Shown: positions 1-8,048, numbered from the stretch's first letter. The stretch: DNA of 39,335 nt from a virus (IMGVR_UViG_3300024232_000031:1-39335); one strand, 5' to 3'. The notes: generated from the sequence alone by a model not told the origin. Made by a program: numbers and translations.

Positions 1-910
1 CTCGAATTGGCGCATATTCGCCGCGCATCCAGCTCTGACAATGGGTGCAGCCGGCGGCGACCTAACAGGGACTTATCCTAACCCCACGCTCAAGGCTGGC
101 TCTGCGGCGGCTAATCTTGGCGCAGCGGGCGGCGATCTTCTTGGTAACTATCCAAACCCGACATTTAATCTTGGCATCGGGCATACCTGGACCGCGGGTC
201 AGGGGTTCAACGCCGGCGTTTTTATTCCGAACAATATCCCGGTTCAAACGCGGAACAACGGCGGCACGGTCAAAAATCTGGTCTATATGAACTCCGCTAA
301 CCGAACCGTCATGGAGACTGGTGGGGCGGGTCTGCAAATCAACAATGGCGCGAACACTGCGGCAAATTTTCAGGTTGATGATAATGGAGATGTGACCAGC
401 CGTGCCGCGCTTGTTGGCGGAACAACGGTTAGTTCGACTACAGATATGGTCGCCGGCGCTCATTTGTGGGGCACAACTGGTATTACAGCGAGTGGTGGAG
501 ATATTGTCGCGTCGGCGGGTAACATCATCGCGTCGGCGGGCAAGCTGCGCGCCAGCTCTGGTTCAGGTGGTGATACCAGCGCGGCGACCTTGCTCGGCGA
601 GTTCACGCTGTCGTTGGCGGGCAACGGCCTGTACGCGAAATTCCCCGGCGGACTGATCCTTCAATGCGGCGTCGTCGTGACGGCGAACGGGGGCGGCGAG
701 GCGTTTAACTTTCCGATCGCGTTCCCGAATGTTTGTATTTCGATTGTCGGTTGCGACGACGGCGGAGGAATGGCCGATGTCGGCATCACGCCCTGGACCG
801 GTTGGCCGCAAGGCGCGTTTGAGGTCTGGGCCGGATATAACGGAGTCTATCCCAACCCGCCGACCTACCGCCCAGGCGTTGGCGTCTATTTTCTCGCGAT
901 GGGATACTAA
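1..910 (+). CDS. Tail fibre protein, C-terminal part (5'-truncated by window edge)
   Basis: The frame is open from base 2 through the ATG at 41. Gly/Ala/Thr-rich, two GAAGGDLxGxYPNPT repeats, and a C-terminal YAKFPGGLILQCG...FPIAFPN tip domain typical of tail fibres. Followed by a chaperone-like gene. Confidence 0.85.
   Translation, partial: SNWRIFAAHPALTMGAAGGDLTGTYPNPTLKAGSAAANLGAAGGDLLGNYPNPTFNLGIGHTWTAGQGFNAGVFIPNNIPVQTRNNGGTVKNLVYMNSANRTVMETGGAGLQINNGANTAANFQVDDNGDVTSRAALVGGTTVSSTTDMVAGAHLWGTTGITASGGDIVASAGNIIASAGKLRASSGSGGDTSAATLLGEFTLSLAGNGLYAKFPGGLILQCGVVVTANGGGEAFNFPIAFPNVCISIVGCDDGGGMADVGITPWTGWPQGAFEVWAGYNGVYPNPPTYRPGVGVYFLAMGY
44..163 (+). repeat. Two-copy intragenic repeat encoding GAAGGDLxGxYPNPT (44-88 and 119-163)
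   Basis: Read directly from the translation; the copies differ mainly at synonymous positions. Confidence 0.8.
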
Positions 911-911
911 G

Positions 912-1466
912 ATGCCAAAATTCGCGTATTTCGATCATACCACTCCCGCGCCGCAGCGGATCATGGGTTGGTACGATACCGACTTCGTTGATTATCCAAA
1001 TCTGCCTGATCCGGCCGACTTGTTTGAAATGACGCAAGCGCAATGGGACGCGCGCTCGCTGAGCCCAAGCGCGCTTGACAATGGCGAAATTGTTGTGCTG
1101 CCAACGCCACCTTTACCGCCGCAGCAAGCAGCGGACCAGGAATTCGCAACGCGGCAGGCAAATGGCATCGCGCTGACCTGCACATCGAATAGCGCGATTA
1201 ATGCAACATACCCGCTCGACGATCGATCCTTCGCGATGGTTGGTGCTATCGCGCGTGATGCAGCCTCGGGGCTTGGGTTGCCACATGGCGCCGCAACGGT
1301 ATCGTTTCCAGACCTTAATAGCGCCTCGCATGATTTCACTGAAACCCAAACCATAGACTTTTACAAAGCAATGCGCGATTTGCTCAACCTCATGAATGCT
1401 CAACGTGATATCATGGGTAAGGGCGATACGCCTGTCTGGCCCGATCAATCGGTTACAATCCCATGA
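912..1466 (+). CDS. Tail fibre assembly/chaperone protein (DUF4376-like)
   Basis: The ATG at 912 sits one base after the fibre stop (MPKFAYFD...GWYD...MTQAQW...WP). Position and motifs match fibre chaperones. The upstream extension to 729 overlaps the fibre gene and was discarded. Confidence 0.7.
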   Translation: MPKFAYFDHTTPAPQRIMGWYDTDFVDYPNLPDPADLFEMTQAQWDARSLSPSALDNGEIVVLPTPPLPPQQAADQEFATRQANGIALTCTSNSAINATYPLDDRSFAMVGAIARDAASGLGLPHGAATVSFPDLNSASHDFTETQTIDFYKAMRDLLNLMNAQRDIMGKGDTPVWPDQSVTIP

Positions 1467-1473
1467 TGGTGAG

Positions 1474-2085
1474 ATGTCCGACCCCTCGCAAGTAACGAGC
1501 ATACTAGACCGCATCTTGCGGTTTATCGACGCGCCATGGAAAGCGGTCGTGGTTGTGGTATTAATCGTGCTTCTGGGCACTGGCTGGGTGCTATATGAGA
1601 AACGTAACGAATTGTTTGAAGCTTGGATGACGCCCTCTACGCCTGAACTGAAGACGGCCGATATCCCAGACGCACTAGGCAAGTTAATATCTGAAACGAA
1701 CGCGGATCTTGTGCAGATATGGGCTGTTGATATTAGCTCGAATGCGCAATGGTTCATCGCCGCGCGTCGGCATGATGGCGAGCGTCCTGTGATCCCCGCG
1801 CCTCGTCGCTTGCCCCTCATGGACCACACGAGCGACGTGAAACGGCTTGTCGATCTACTAGAAGGGCATCCCATATGCCTGGACCTTGATCCCAATGGCG
1901 CTCCCGTTGTGCGCCGCCTCGCTGAGCGGGGCATGAAACGTGGTTGCGCTATCGCGATACCGCCAACACCTGAAGCGTTCGTTGGCGTGATTTATCTCGC
2001 ATGGTTAACAGCAACTGATGCCAGTAATGAAAACGTAGCCGCGGGTGCAGCGCGTGAGATCGCACTCAAGCTGGCTACGCGCTGA
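1474..2085 (+). CDS. Putative holin with T4 T-like architecture (amphipathic N-terminus, one TM helix, GAF-like soluble domain)
   Basis: 203 aa; TM segment AVVVVVLIVLLGTGWVLY; C-terminal RGCAIAIPP..FVGVIYLAW...AREIA is GAF-like; two Cys; located after the tail fibre genes. Confidence 0.55.
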   Translation: MSDPSQVTSILDRILRFIDAPWKAVVVVVLIVLLGTGWVLYEKRNELFEAWMTPSTPELKTADIPDALGKLISETNADLVQIWAVDISSNAQWFIAARRHDGERPVIPAPRRLPLMDHTSDVKRLVDLLEGHPICLDLDPNGAPVVRRLAERGMKRGCAIAIPPTPEAFVGVIYLAWLTATDASNENVAAGAAREIALKLATR

Positions 2086-2088
2086 TAA

Positions 2089-2322
2089 ATGGTCGCCCCG
2101 GTTATCGGCGAAGGTCGCTGCTTGGCATGCGGCGGACCGACCAAGCTGCGCAAGGGTGGCGTGGTTGTTAAGTATTGTTCGACCGCGTGCGGCAAGCGCT
2201 ATCGCGAGCGCTGGCCAAAGTATAAGGCTAATCGAAAGCGGTACGGCGAACTTCTCAAGCTTGAAACAGAAGCTAGAGCCCTGCGCAAAGCAGAGGCACG
2301 CTTGAAACAGCTTAAAGGATGA
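2089..2322 (+). CDS. Small basic zinc-finger protein
   Basis: CLAC...YCSTAC motif followed by a basic helix; starts 3 nt after the previous stop. Confidence 0.6.
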   Translation: MVAPVIGEGRCLACGGPTKLRKGGVVVKYCSTACGKRYRERWPKYKANRKRYGELLKLETEARALRKAEARLKQLKG

Positions 2323-2335
2323 AAGGGTACCCACA

Positions 2336-2497
2336 ATGTATCTGATCTTGATTATCCTACTTATCATCATCTTGTTTGGCGGGGGCGGTGGTTATTACGC
2401 GCACGCTAATTGGGGCTACCCGGGACTTGGCGGCGTTGGGTTGATCTTGGTAATCATTATTGTTGTTCTCTTGCTATCGGGCAGGGGGTATTTTTAG
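2336..2497 (+). CDS. DUF3309-like small membrane protein, 53 aa (not in ORF track)
   Basis: Manual translation: MYLILIILLIIILFGGGGGYYAHANWGYPGLGGVGLILVIIIVVLLLSGRGYF. Two hydrophobic helices around a WGY..GG.GL motif; AAAGGG upstream. Confidence 0.7.
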   Translation: MYLILIILLIIILFGGGGGYYAHANWGYPGLGGVGLILVIIIVVLLLSGRGYF

Positions 2498-2588
2498 GCT
2501 CAGAGCCGCCCCACGCCTGGCCCCGCTATCAGCATACGGGCAGCGAGCTAGAGCGTCCCCACAGCCGTCCTGAGCGTTTGTAATACAT

Positions 2589-2625
2589 GCAAAAGCGCGC
2601 GAGATCACCCCCCGCGCTTTTTTGC
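2589..2625. terminator. Probable bidirectional intrinsic terminator between convergent arms
   Basis: AAAAGCGCG...CGCGCTTTTTT inverted repeat between convergent ORFs. Confidence 0.6.
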
Positions 2626-2634
2626 GTCTACCGT

Positions 2635-2925
2635 TCAGGTTTGTGGTCGGTAAGGCTTGCCAAATGCTTGTGCCTCCTCGCGTTTCATCGCCTCTTGCTC
2701 GTCAAACATCATAGAGGCGAGGGCACGCCATACGCCAGCGGTCATGTTGATGGCATGCTCGTACTTCGCGATATCGTCGGGCGTTTTGTTGTACCACCTT
2801 GGTTTGAGCGACGCGCCATATCCGCTCATGGCATCTAGAATAAACATGACCTGTTCATTTGTGAGAGTTAATGTAACGGTCTGATTTTTCAAATGACCGG
2901 GCATCGAGTGTGTTGGTTTCAACAT
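2635..2925 (-). CDS. Hypothetical protein
   Basis: 96-aa ORF overlapping the upstream stop; GGAAGGA RBS-like sequence before the start. Confidence 0.6.
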   Translation of the reverse strand: MLKPTHSMPGHLKNQTVTLTLTNEQVMFILDAMSGYGASLKPRWYNKTPDDIAKYEHAINMTAGVWRALASMMFDEQEAMKREEAQAFGKPYRPQT

Positions 2926-3281
2926 TGGGTCCTTCCGTTCACGCTATTGCATAAGCAGGGCGCTGCGACGCGCAAGCGATATTGCACAAATGGCGGGATA
3001 TCGATATAGGAGCTTGCCCGATTGATCGCTCGTGCATCAAACGAGCACTGCCAGATTTCAGTTCTCGGCTCGTATCGGCAAGGCACGTTATTGGCTACGG
3101 GCACTTTGTTAGGGTAAAACTGGGGCAATCGTTGATCGCAACGAAACTGCTGGCTGCCTGGACCAATTGGATTACAATCTGCGACGCGCGGACAATATCC
3201 CCAGACGATCTCGGCGCGAGCTACCGTCCCTGCTATCGAGCAAGCGAGCGCCAGCAGGACTAACCGCTTTAAGGATGGCAT
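2919..3281 (-). CDS. Secreted Cys-rich protein
   Basis: Sec-type signal peptide (MPSLKRLVLLALACSIAGTVARA), multiple Cys in the mature part, strong AGGAGG RBS. Confidence 0.75.
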   Translation of the reverse strand: MPSLKRLVLLALACSIAGTVARAEIVWGYCPRVADCNPIGPGSQQFRCDQRLPQFYPNKVPVANNVPCRYEPRTEIWQCSFDARAINRASSYIDIPPFVQYRLRVAAPCLCNSVNGRTQC

Positions 3282-3282
3282 G

Positions 3283-3453
3283 TTAATATCCTCCTAATAG
3301 AGTTACAAGTGCTTTTAGTATACCGAGATAAGGTATACACAAGTAAGCTAAGCCCAGGACGATCGGCAGAAAGCCTAGCAGCCATAGACAAGCGATAACC
3401 GCTGATAAGCAGTAAAGGATAAGTTTCGCCAAAAGGTTAACTGCTTTTGTCAC
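3283..3453 (-). CDS. Small hydrophobic membrane protein, 56 aa (not in ORF track)
   Basis: GTG start preceded by GAGG; MTKAVNLLAKLILYCLSAVIACLWLLGFLPIVLGLAYLCIPYLGILKALVTLLGGY; fills the gap exactly and ends next to the following ATG. Confidence 0.55.
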   Translation of the reverse strand: MTKAVNLLAKLILYCLSAVIACLWLLGFLPIVLGLAYLCIPYLGILKALVTLLGGY

Positions 3454-3625
3454 GGGCAATCCTCATAGCTATGCAGCGCCTGACATACTCCAGGGCTCCG
3501 CGCACCTGGGGCTGTTGCTGGGGCAAGCGTAGCATTTCCTGTTCGAAATCCAATAGGTTTTCTAAGGGCTCGAAAGGACCGGGCTCGTCAATAAAGTATC
3601 CTATCAAGGGTTCGTGTTCGGTCAT
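3437..3625 (-). CDS. Hypothetical protein
   Basis: 62 aa; ATGA-coupled to the helicase stop, with a GGAG RBS. Confidence 0.65.
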   Translation of the reverse strand: MTEHEPLIGYFIDEPGPFEPLENLLDFEQEMLRLPQQQPQVRGALEYVRRCIAMRIARDKSS

Positions 3626-5388
3626 AGTTTCATCTCCGGTACTAATACGAGTTCATGTTTAGCTCGCGTCGCGATAACGTAACAAATATTGTCCTCTTGC
3701 ATATCTTCCCATTCCTTGCGGCACTTGCGCTGCATATGTTGTAACCAGAAGACGCGGTTCCACTCGCGACCCTTGCTTTTATGTCCCGTTGATAGACGGA
3801 CGCAATCAGTGACATTATCCTGAAACATCGTTTCAATTTCAAGCACAAGCTCTAGGATGCTTTGCTTGCCCCGCGCCTTGCATCTTTCGATGATGATGCG
3901 CAATGTGGTAACTTTATCTGTAACCTCTTGCTCGCGCCGATCGGATTGCGCTGCTTGCGCCTTTTCAATCTCGCGTTTCAGGTAGCGCTCGAGGCGCTCC
4001 TCGAGGCGCGTAATTGTTGATATTTTCCACATGCGTGCGAGCGAGATCAAACCAAGCCCGATATCGCGCCCTTCAACTTTGCACGCGACGCCCTCTTTAA
4101 TCATGCTATAGGCGGTCTGGATCAGAGGTCGCGTATAACGGCATAGGATCACATCTTGCTTGGCGGGGGGATCTTGCACGAACCAGGGCATGATTGGCAA
4201 TGGTTTGTCATCGGCATCTTTCTTTTCGGCGACATCATAAACAACAGGACGGACGATGCCATCGGGCGCTGTTTCATGTGCTTGGATGTGCTCAGCGCCA
4301 ACCCACTTGTGCGCATAATTTACAACGCTCTTGGGGCAGCGATAGGTCACGGTTAACGGCAGTACCGTGCAGTTAAACTCCTCGCGGATGCGCTCGATAG
4401 CGTCGCCACCAGCACCCGTGAAACCATAAACGGACTGCCGATTATCGCCGACAAAGATCGCTCGCGCACCAGCCCGCATCAAGCGCTTGGCAAGCTCTCG
4501 GCGAGCGGGATTGATGTCCTGAGCCTCGTCGATCAAGACCCAATGGTTTGGGAATAATGAAACGCCATAAGCGATTGGCGCGTATATCATATCGTCGAAG
4601 TCGATCAACCCGGCGACGCATTGCGCGCGTGACTTCTCGAAGACATCGATGACCCAGGACAGCGCTTGCTCTACGCCGATATCGTCGGTTAAATCGGCAT
4701 CGGTACCAAAGTAGTTGGCGAGCGAGACCCAGACGGGCATATGATTTGAAGCGGGCTTGCCGCGGCAGCCAATCAGGAACTGCTTGCTAAATGAAACCAT
4801 TTTGATGATGAACCCGCGCGCTTGCTCGATAAGCGCTTTGTCGTCGCGGACCATTTTGTAATCGTCAACGATCTTGCTCACCTTGCGATCGTCGACAGCG
4901 GTGCGCGGGAACGCGCGCATGAAGTCCCCATAACCGGCAGCATGAACTGTTGAGATACGCAAGCCGCGAGCGAGCGCGTGGGCTGCTTTGGCTTTGGCGT
5001 AGATATCATCGGCAGCGCTCTTGTTATAGGCGCCGAAGAAGATCGTACCTTCCATGAAGCGCAGCGCTTGAATGAGGGTTGTTGTCTTGCCGCAGCCAGC
5101 AGCCGCCAGCAAGATGGCATTTCCCTTGCCGTGCTGGATCCAGTCAAACAATGCTTGTTGCTGCGCGGAAGGCACGAATTGTGCCTCCTTCTTTTCAAAG
5201 CGTGCGCGCATGCTGGGCGGCAGGTTCAACGATGCTTTTGGCGCCGCATCGTTTGTTTTAACCGGCGGCGTATCTGTATAAACAGCGCCCTTATGGGTGA
5301 CATGATCCAGATATTGAATAAGCGGCTTCGCTGGCTCAGCTGAAGCTTGCTTAACTTTGTAGGCGAATCGTCCGCGTGGCTGTAGCAT
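3622..5388 (-). CDS. SF1 UvrD/Rep-like DNA helicase
   Basis: AAAGCGKTT Walker A, LIDEAQD, VGDNRQSVYGFTGA, TYRCPKSV, STGHKSKGREW, YVIATRAK. Confidence 0.93.
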   Translation of the reverse strand: MLQPRGRFAYKVKQASAEPAKPLIQYLDHVTHKGAVYTDTPPVKTNDAAPKASLNLPPSMRARFEKKEAQFVPSAQQQALFDWIQHGKGNAILLAAAGCGKTTTLIQALRFMEGTIFFGAYNKSAADDIYAKAKAAHALARGLRISTVHAAGYGDFMRAFPRTAVDDRKVSKIVDDYKMVRDDKALIEQARGFIIKMVSFSKQFLIGCRGKPASNHMPVWVSLANYFGTDADLTDDIGVEQALSWVIDVFEKSRAQCVAGLIDFDDMIYAPIAYGVSLFPNHWVLIDEAQDINPARRELAKRLMRAGARAIFVGDNRQSVYGFTGAGGDAIERIREEFNCTVLPLTVTYRCPKSVVNYAHKWVGAEHIQAHETAPDGIVRPVVYDVAEKKDADDKPLPIMPWFVQDPPAKQDVILCRYTRPLIQTAYSMIKEGVACKVEGRDIGLGLISLARMWKISTITRLEERLERYLKREIEKAQAAQSDRREQEVTDKVTTLRIIIERCKARGKQSILELVLEIETMFQDNVTDCVRLSTGHKSKGREWNRVFWLQHMQRKCRKEWEDMQEDNICYVIATRAKHELVLVPEMKL

Positions 5389-5413
5389 AGGGTTCTCCCT
5401 TTGGGTTAACAGA

Positions 5414-5587
5414 TCAGATATACGAATACTCTAAGCTCTTGGCTTGCGCTTGAAACAATCGAGGGCGCGCAAATTGTAGCATTATGCAATCCTCTTCTGC
5501 TATCGCGCGTTGAGCAACGAGGAGCCAGAAGCGGATTTCAATTTGCCAATAGCGCGCGAGGCGCTTTTCAATGCAGTGCTCATTCAT
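5414..5587 (-). CDS. Hypothetical protein, 57 aa (not in ORF track)
   Basis: ATGA overlap with the upstream stop; MNEHCIEKRLARYWQIEIRFW...SLEYSYI. Confidence 0.5.
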   Translation of the reverse strand: MNEHCIEKRLARYWQIEIRFWLLVAQRAIAEEDCIMLQFARPRLFQAQAKSLEYSYI

Positions 5588-5799
5588 GTGGGCTCTCCAT
5601 TACCAATAGGGCATTTGGCAGCCCACTCAACAAGCTTTGCCATGCAGCGCTCATAATAGCGCTTGGCGAACTCTGCTTCGCGTAGCCAGTTCTCCATCTG
5701 ATAAACGCACTCAGCAAGCGAGGGCTCCCCGAGGTCGACGTGGCGCTCTACAGGGGCAGCGCTGCCCCCTGAGACGGTTGTGGGGACGTCGTCGGTCAT
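5584..5799 (-). CDS. Hypothetical protein
   Basis: 71 aa; ATGA-coupled on both sides; AAGGA RBS. Confidence 0.65.
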   Translation of the reverse strand: MTDDVPTTVSGGSAAPVERHVDLGEPSLAECVYQMENWLREAEFAKRYYERCMAKLVEWAAKCPIGNGEPT

Positions 5800-6287
5800 G
5801 TGGGTGCATCCTTATGAGCGAAGCGCCCACGAGGGCGCAGCGCTGCTTCTACGGGCGGTAGCGGGCGGTCCGGAAGCTCGAGTATGCGCTCGACCCAAGC
5901 CCCGGGTACAAAGTCAATCGCTTTGTAGCTCAGCATTGATTGATAAGAGAAGCCAAGCGCTCGCGCTGCTGTCGCGAGCCATGGTTTGTCGATATCCATC
6001 TTGGCAGCGCAAATGTCGACAAATGCGTTCCAGGTATACCGGCGCGTTTTGCGCGCGAGATCGTGGTGCGTTTGCATCACCCACATTTCGCGCTCGTAGC
6101 GCTCGTTGAGCGTTTCGGGCCCGTGTATGCAGAGACGAACATCGGAAACGTGAATGCCGTGCTTCCCTAACTGCTGAAGCAGCAAAATGTTGTCGGGGCG
6201 ATCTAGCAGCCCGCGCAAGATAGCGGACAAGCGCTCCTCGAGCGCTCGCCGTTCCTTTAGTTTAACTTTGTAGTCGTCGTCGGTCAT
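5796..6287 (-). CDS. Putative Cro-like HTH protein with C-terminal PRGRFA tag
   Basis: WLATAARALGFSYQSMLSY...VP resembles an HTH; the protein ends LRPRGRFAHKDAPT. Confidence 0.6.
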   Translation of the reverse strand: MTDDDYKVKLKERRALEERLSAILRGLLDRPDNILLLQQLGKHGIHVSDVRLCIHGPETLNERYEREMWVMQTHHDLARKTRRYTWNAFVDICAAKMDIDKPWLATAARALGFSYQSMLSYKAIDFVPGAWVERILELPDRPLPPVEAALRPRGRFAHKDAPT

Positions 6288-6291
6288 CGTC

Positions 6292-6765
6292 CTAACCCAT
6301 CATCCCGGGGAACTCGACGCCCTCGGTGCGCTCGATATCTTCGCGCACCTCTTCGATAAAGAGGTGCCACTCTTCGGTTGGATCGTCCGCTCCATCTTTG
6401 AGTTCTTCCGCTTCCGCATCGCACCAGGACTCAATCATGCCGCATGCTTGCTCAGCGAGCATCGCGGCATTCTCGAGGCGGACCGCACGTGAGGTGCGGT
6501 CGCTCTTGCGCTTGGGCACATAGAGCATGACCTTAAACTTTTGCTCTGCTGCTGTGTCGGGCGGGTTTCGTTGCTCGATACCCTCCAAGGTATCGGCGGT
6601 CTCGCTGAGCGTTTTAATGCGCGGGCTGCTTTGCAGCGATTCAGGCGCGCTGTCGACGATCTCGCGCGCCTCCTCTGCTAGCTCTGCGACCTCGTTGTAG
6701 AACGACTCTATGGCGCTGAGCGTGCTCCAGTCGGACTCGACGAGTTTGTATGCGTTACTGGCCAT
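6292..6765 (-). CDS. Acidic helical hypothetical protein
   Basis: Start reassigned to ATG 6765 (MASNAYK), which follows AAGGAG. Confidence 0.7.
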   Translation of the reverse strand: MASNAYKLVESDWSTLSAIESFYNEVAELAEEAREIVDSAPESLQSSPRIKTLSETADTLEGIEQRNPPDTAAEQKFKVMLYVPKRKSDRTSRAVRLENAAMLAEQACGMIESWCDAEAEELKDGADDPTEEWHLFIEEVREDIERTEGVEFPGMMG

Positions 6766-6769
6766 TGCG

Positions 6770-6940
6770 TTACTCCTTGTTGGGGTCAGTGAAGTCGATC
6801 GGCAGGTTGTTCCGCTCGCACCAGAGCCGGAAAGCGTCCCGCGCCTCGTCAATCGCGGAATACTCTCGGTTAGCGATAGCGCGAGCGCAGGTCGTTTGAA
6901 AGGACTGCATGCGCTTGAATAGCTCGTCGACGTGTACCAT
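6770..6940 (-). CDS. Hypothetical protein, 56 aa (not in ORF track)
   Basis: AAGGAG RBS; MVHVDELFKRMQSF...DFTDPNKE; fills the gap between its neighbours. Confidence 0.65.
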   Translation of the reverse strand: MVHVDELFKRMQSFQTTCARAIANREYSAIDEARDAFRLWCERNNLPIDFTDPNKE

Positions 6941-6945
6941 AGCGG

Positions 6946-7215
6946 TTACTCCTTGTTGCGGTTAGCGAAACGCCCGCGGGGCGCGAGCTTGGGTCGGGGC
7001 AGCGGCACGATCGGCGCGTCGAGAGATATACGCACCAAATCCTCCGGGAAGCATGATACGGGCTCGCGCGTGCCATCAAAGAGGATGCGATATGCGCGAC
7101 AGCCGAGGAACTCAGCGACCTTGCCCGTTGTCCCGGGTGCGATGTGCTGCCCGAGGATAGGGGGTTGCATCGCAGCGACGCGCGAGCCAATCGAGAGTTT
7201 CATGAATGCGGTCAT
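6946..7215 (-). CDS. SH3/KOW-like small beta protein with C-terminal PRGRFA tag
   Basis: TAATG-coupled start with GAGGAG RBS; LSIGSRV...GTTGKV...YRILFD...PEDL pattern; ends LAPRGRFANRNKE. Confidence 0.65.
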   Translation of the reverse strand: MTAFMKLSIGSRVAAMQPPILGQHIAPGTTGKVAEFLGCRAYRILFDGTREPVSCFPEDLVRISLDAPIVPLPRPKLAPRGRFANRNKE

Positions 7216-7484
7216 TAGATCAACTCCTCTCCGCCAACGAACCCGCATTCGATCTTGTCCGCCTCTTCATCCATGTCCTCGGCGGTCGGCGCGAAGCAAT
7301 CGTCCGGATCGGGATAATCATGGTTGCAGTGCATCGTGGGGTCAGCGCGCAGTTCGTCGGCCATCCAGCGATAATAGCTCGCGTCATCATACTGTTCGCG
7401 GAGAATGGTCGTCTCGAAGATGTAGCGGAGGCAGCCTTCGAGGTGCTCGCGCTCGTCGGTCGTGTAGGTGAATGTCGTGGTCAT
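7215..7484 (-). CDS. Acidic hypothetical protein
   Basis: 89 aa; GGAG RBS. Confidence 0.7.
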   Translation of the reverse strand: MTTTFTYTTDEREHLEGCLRYIFETTILREQYDDASYYRWMADELRADPTMHCNHDYPDPDDCFAPTAEDMDEEADKIECGFVGGEELI

Positions 7485-7532
7485 AACGGTTCTCCGTTGG
7501 GTCTCAGGGGGAGGGGGCTCGCGCCCCCGTAA

Positions 7533-7865
7533 TCAGCGATAAAGGTCTTGTTCGGCGAAGATGCGACGCACCCGCCAGTCGTGGCCGTTGAGGTCCTGCT
7601 TGATTGTCGCGATGGCGAAGAGTAGCTCGGCGCAGCGACCCTGGCGGCTCTCGATAAGCGCTCCATCGGCGGCCAACCGCAAGATGACCTTGTCGAGGAG
7701 CTTGCATTCGGTGAGTGCGCGTTTGCTATACACTTTGGTATCGAGATAGCAGCCGAGTTCCCACACGGACTCAAGGAAGCTCGCGACCGATGCCGGCGCG
7801 TCAACCGCGCGCAAGGTGTCGATGGCGTCGCGGTACTTTTGCTCAGATACGGCGTGGTCAGGCAT
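7533..7865 (-). CDS. Hypothetical early protein (first gene of the leftward unit)
   Basis: Start reassigned to ATG 7865 (MPDHAV), after GGAG and downstream of the promoter at 7910-7938. Confidence 0.65.
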   Translation of the reverse strand: MPDHAVSEQKYRDAIDTLRAVDAPASVASFLESVWELGCYLDTKVYSKRALTECKLLDKVILRLAADGALIESRQGRCAELLFAIATIKQDLNGHDWRVRRIFAEQDLYR

Positions 7866-7909
7866 CGTGGTGGCTCCGTTCTCGGAAGCAGCGATCTTGC
7901 TGCCCCCCT

Positions 7910-7954
7910 TATATACGGGCGAGTGCTTGTGGACGCAAGCACAAAAGCCGCTAT
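7910..7954 (-). promoter_or_regulatory. sigma70-type early promoter (leftward) with upstream CGATAGCGGCTTTT box
   Basis: TTGCGT-N17-TATATA on the minus strand; the upstream box also occurs at about 29772-29785. Confidence 0.7.
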
Positions 7955-7995
7955 CGCCCGTGCTTTGGCGCATAGCGGCGGTGCAAGAGAGGCCG

Positions 7996-8048
7996 CTCTA
8001 TATACGCGGAAAGTGCTGGTCTCTGTGACCGTGCGCGCGTATATAGAG
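7996..8048. repeat. Perfect 13-bp inverted repeat CTCTATATACGCG-N27-CGCGTATATAGAG
   Basis: Read directly; arms at 7996-8008 and 8036-8048. Confidence 0.85.

Noticed and set aside
560-910. Tail fibre tip as a diversity-generating retroelement target
   Set aside because: No reverse transcriptase and no second template-repeat copy in the window.
1113-1934. 273-aa minus-strand ORF, and similar long antisense ORFs (18445-19059, 29916-30563)
   Set aside because: Antisense shadows of well-supported genes in GC-rich DNA, with no motifs or RBS.
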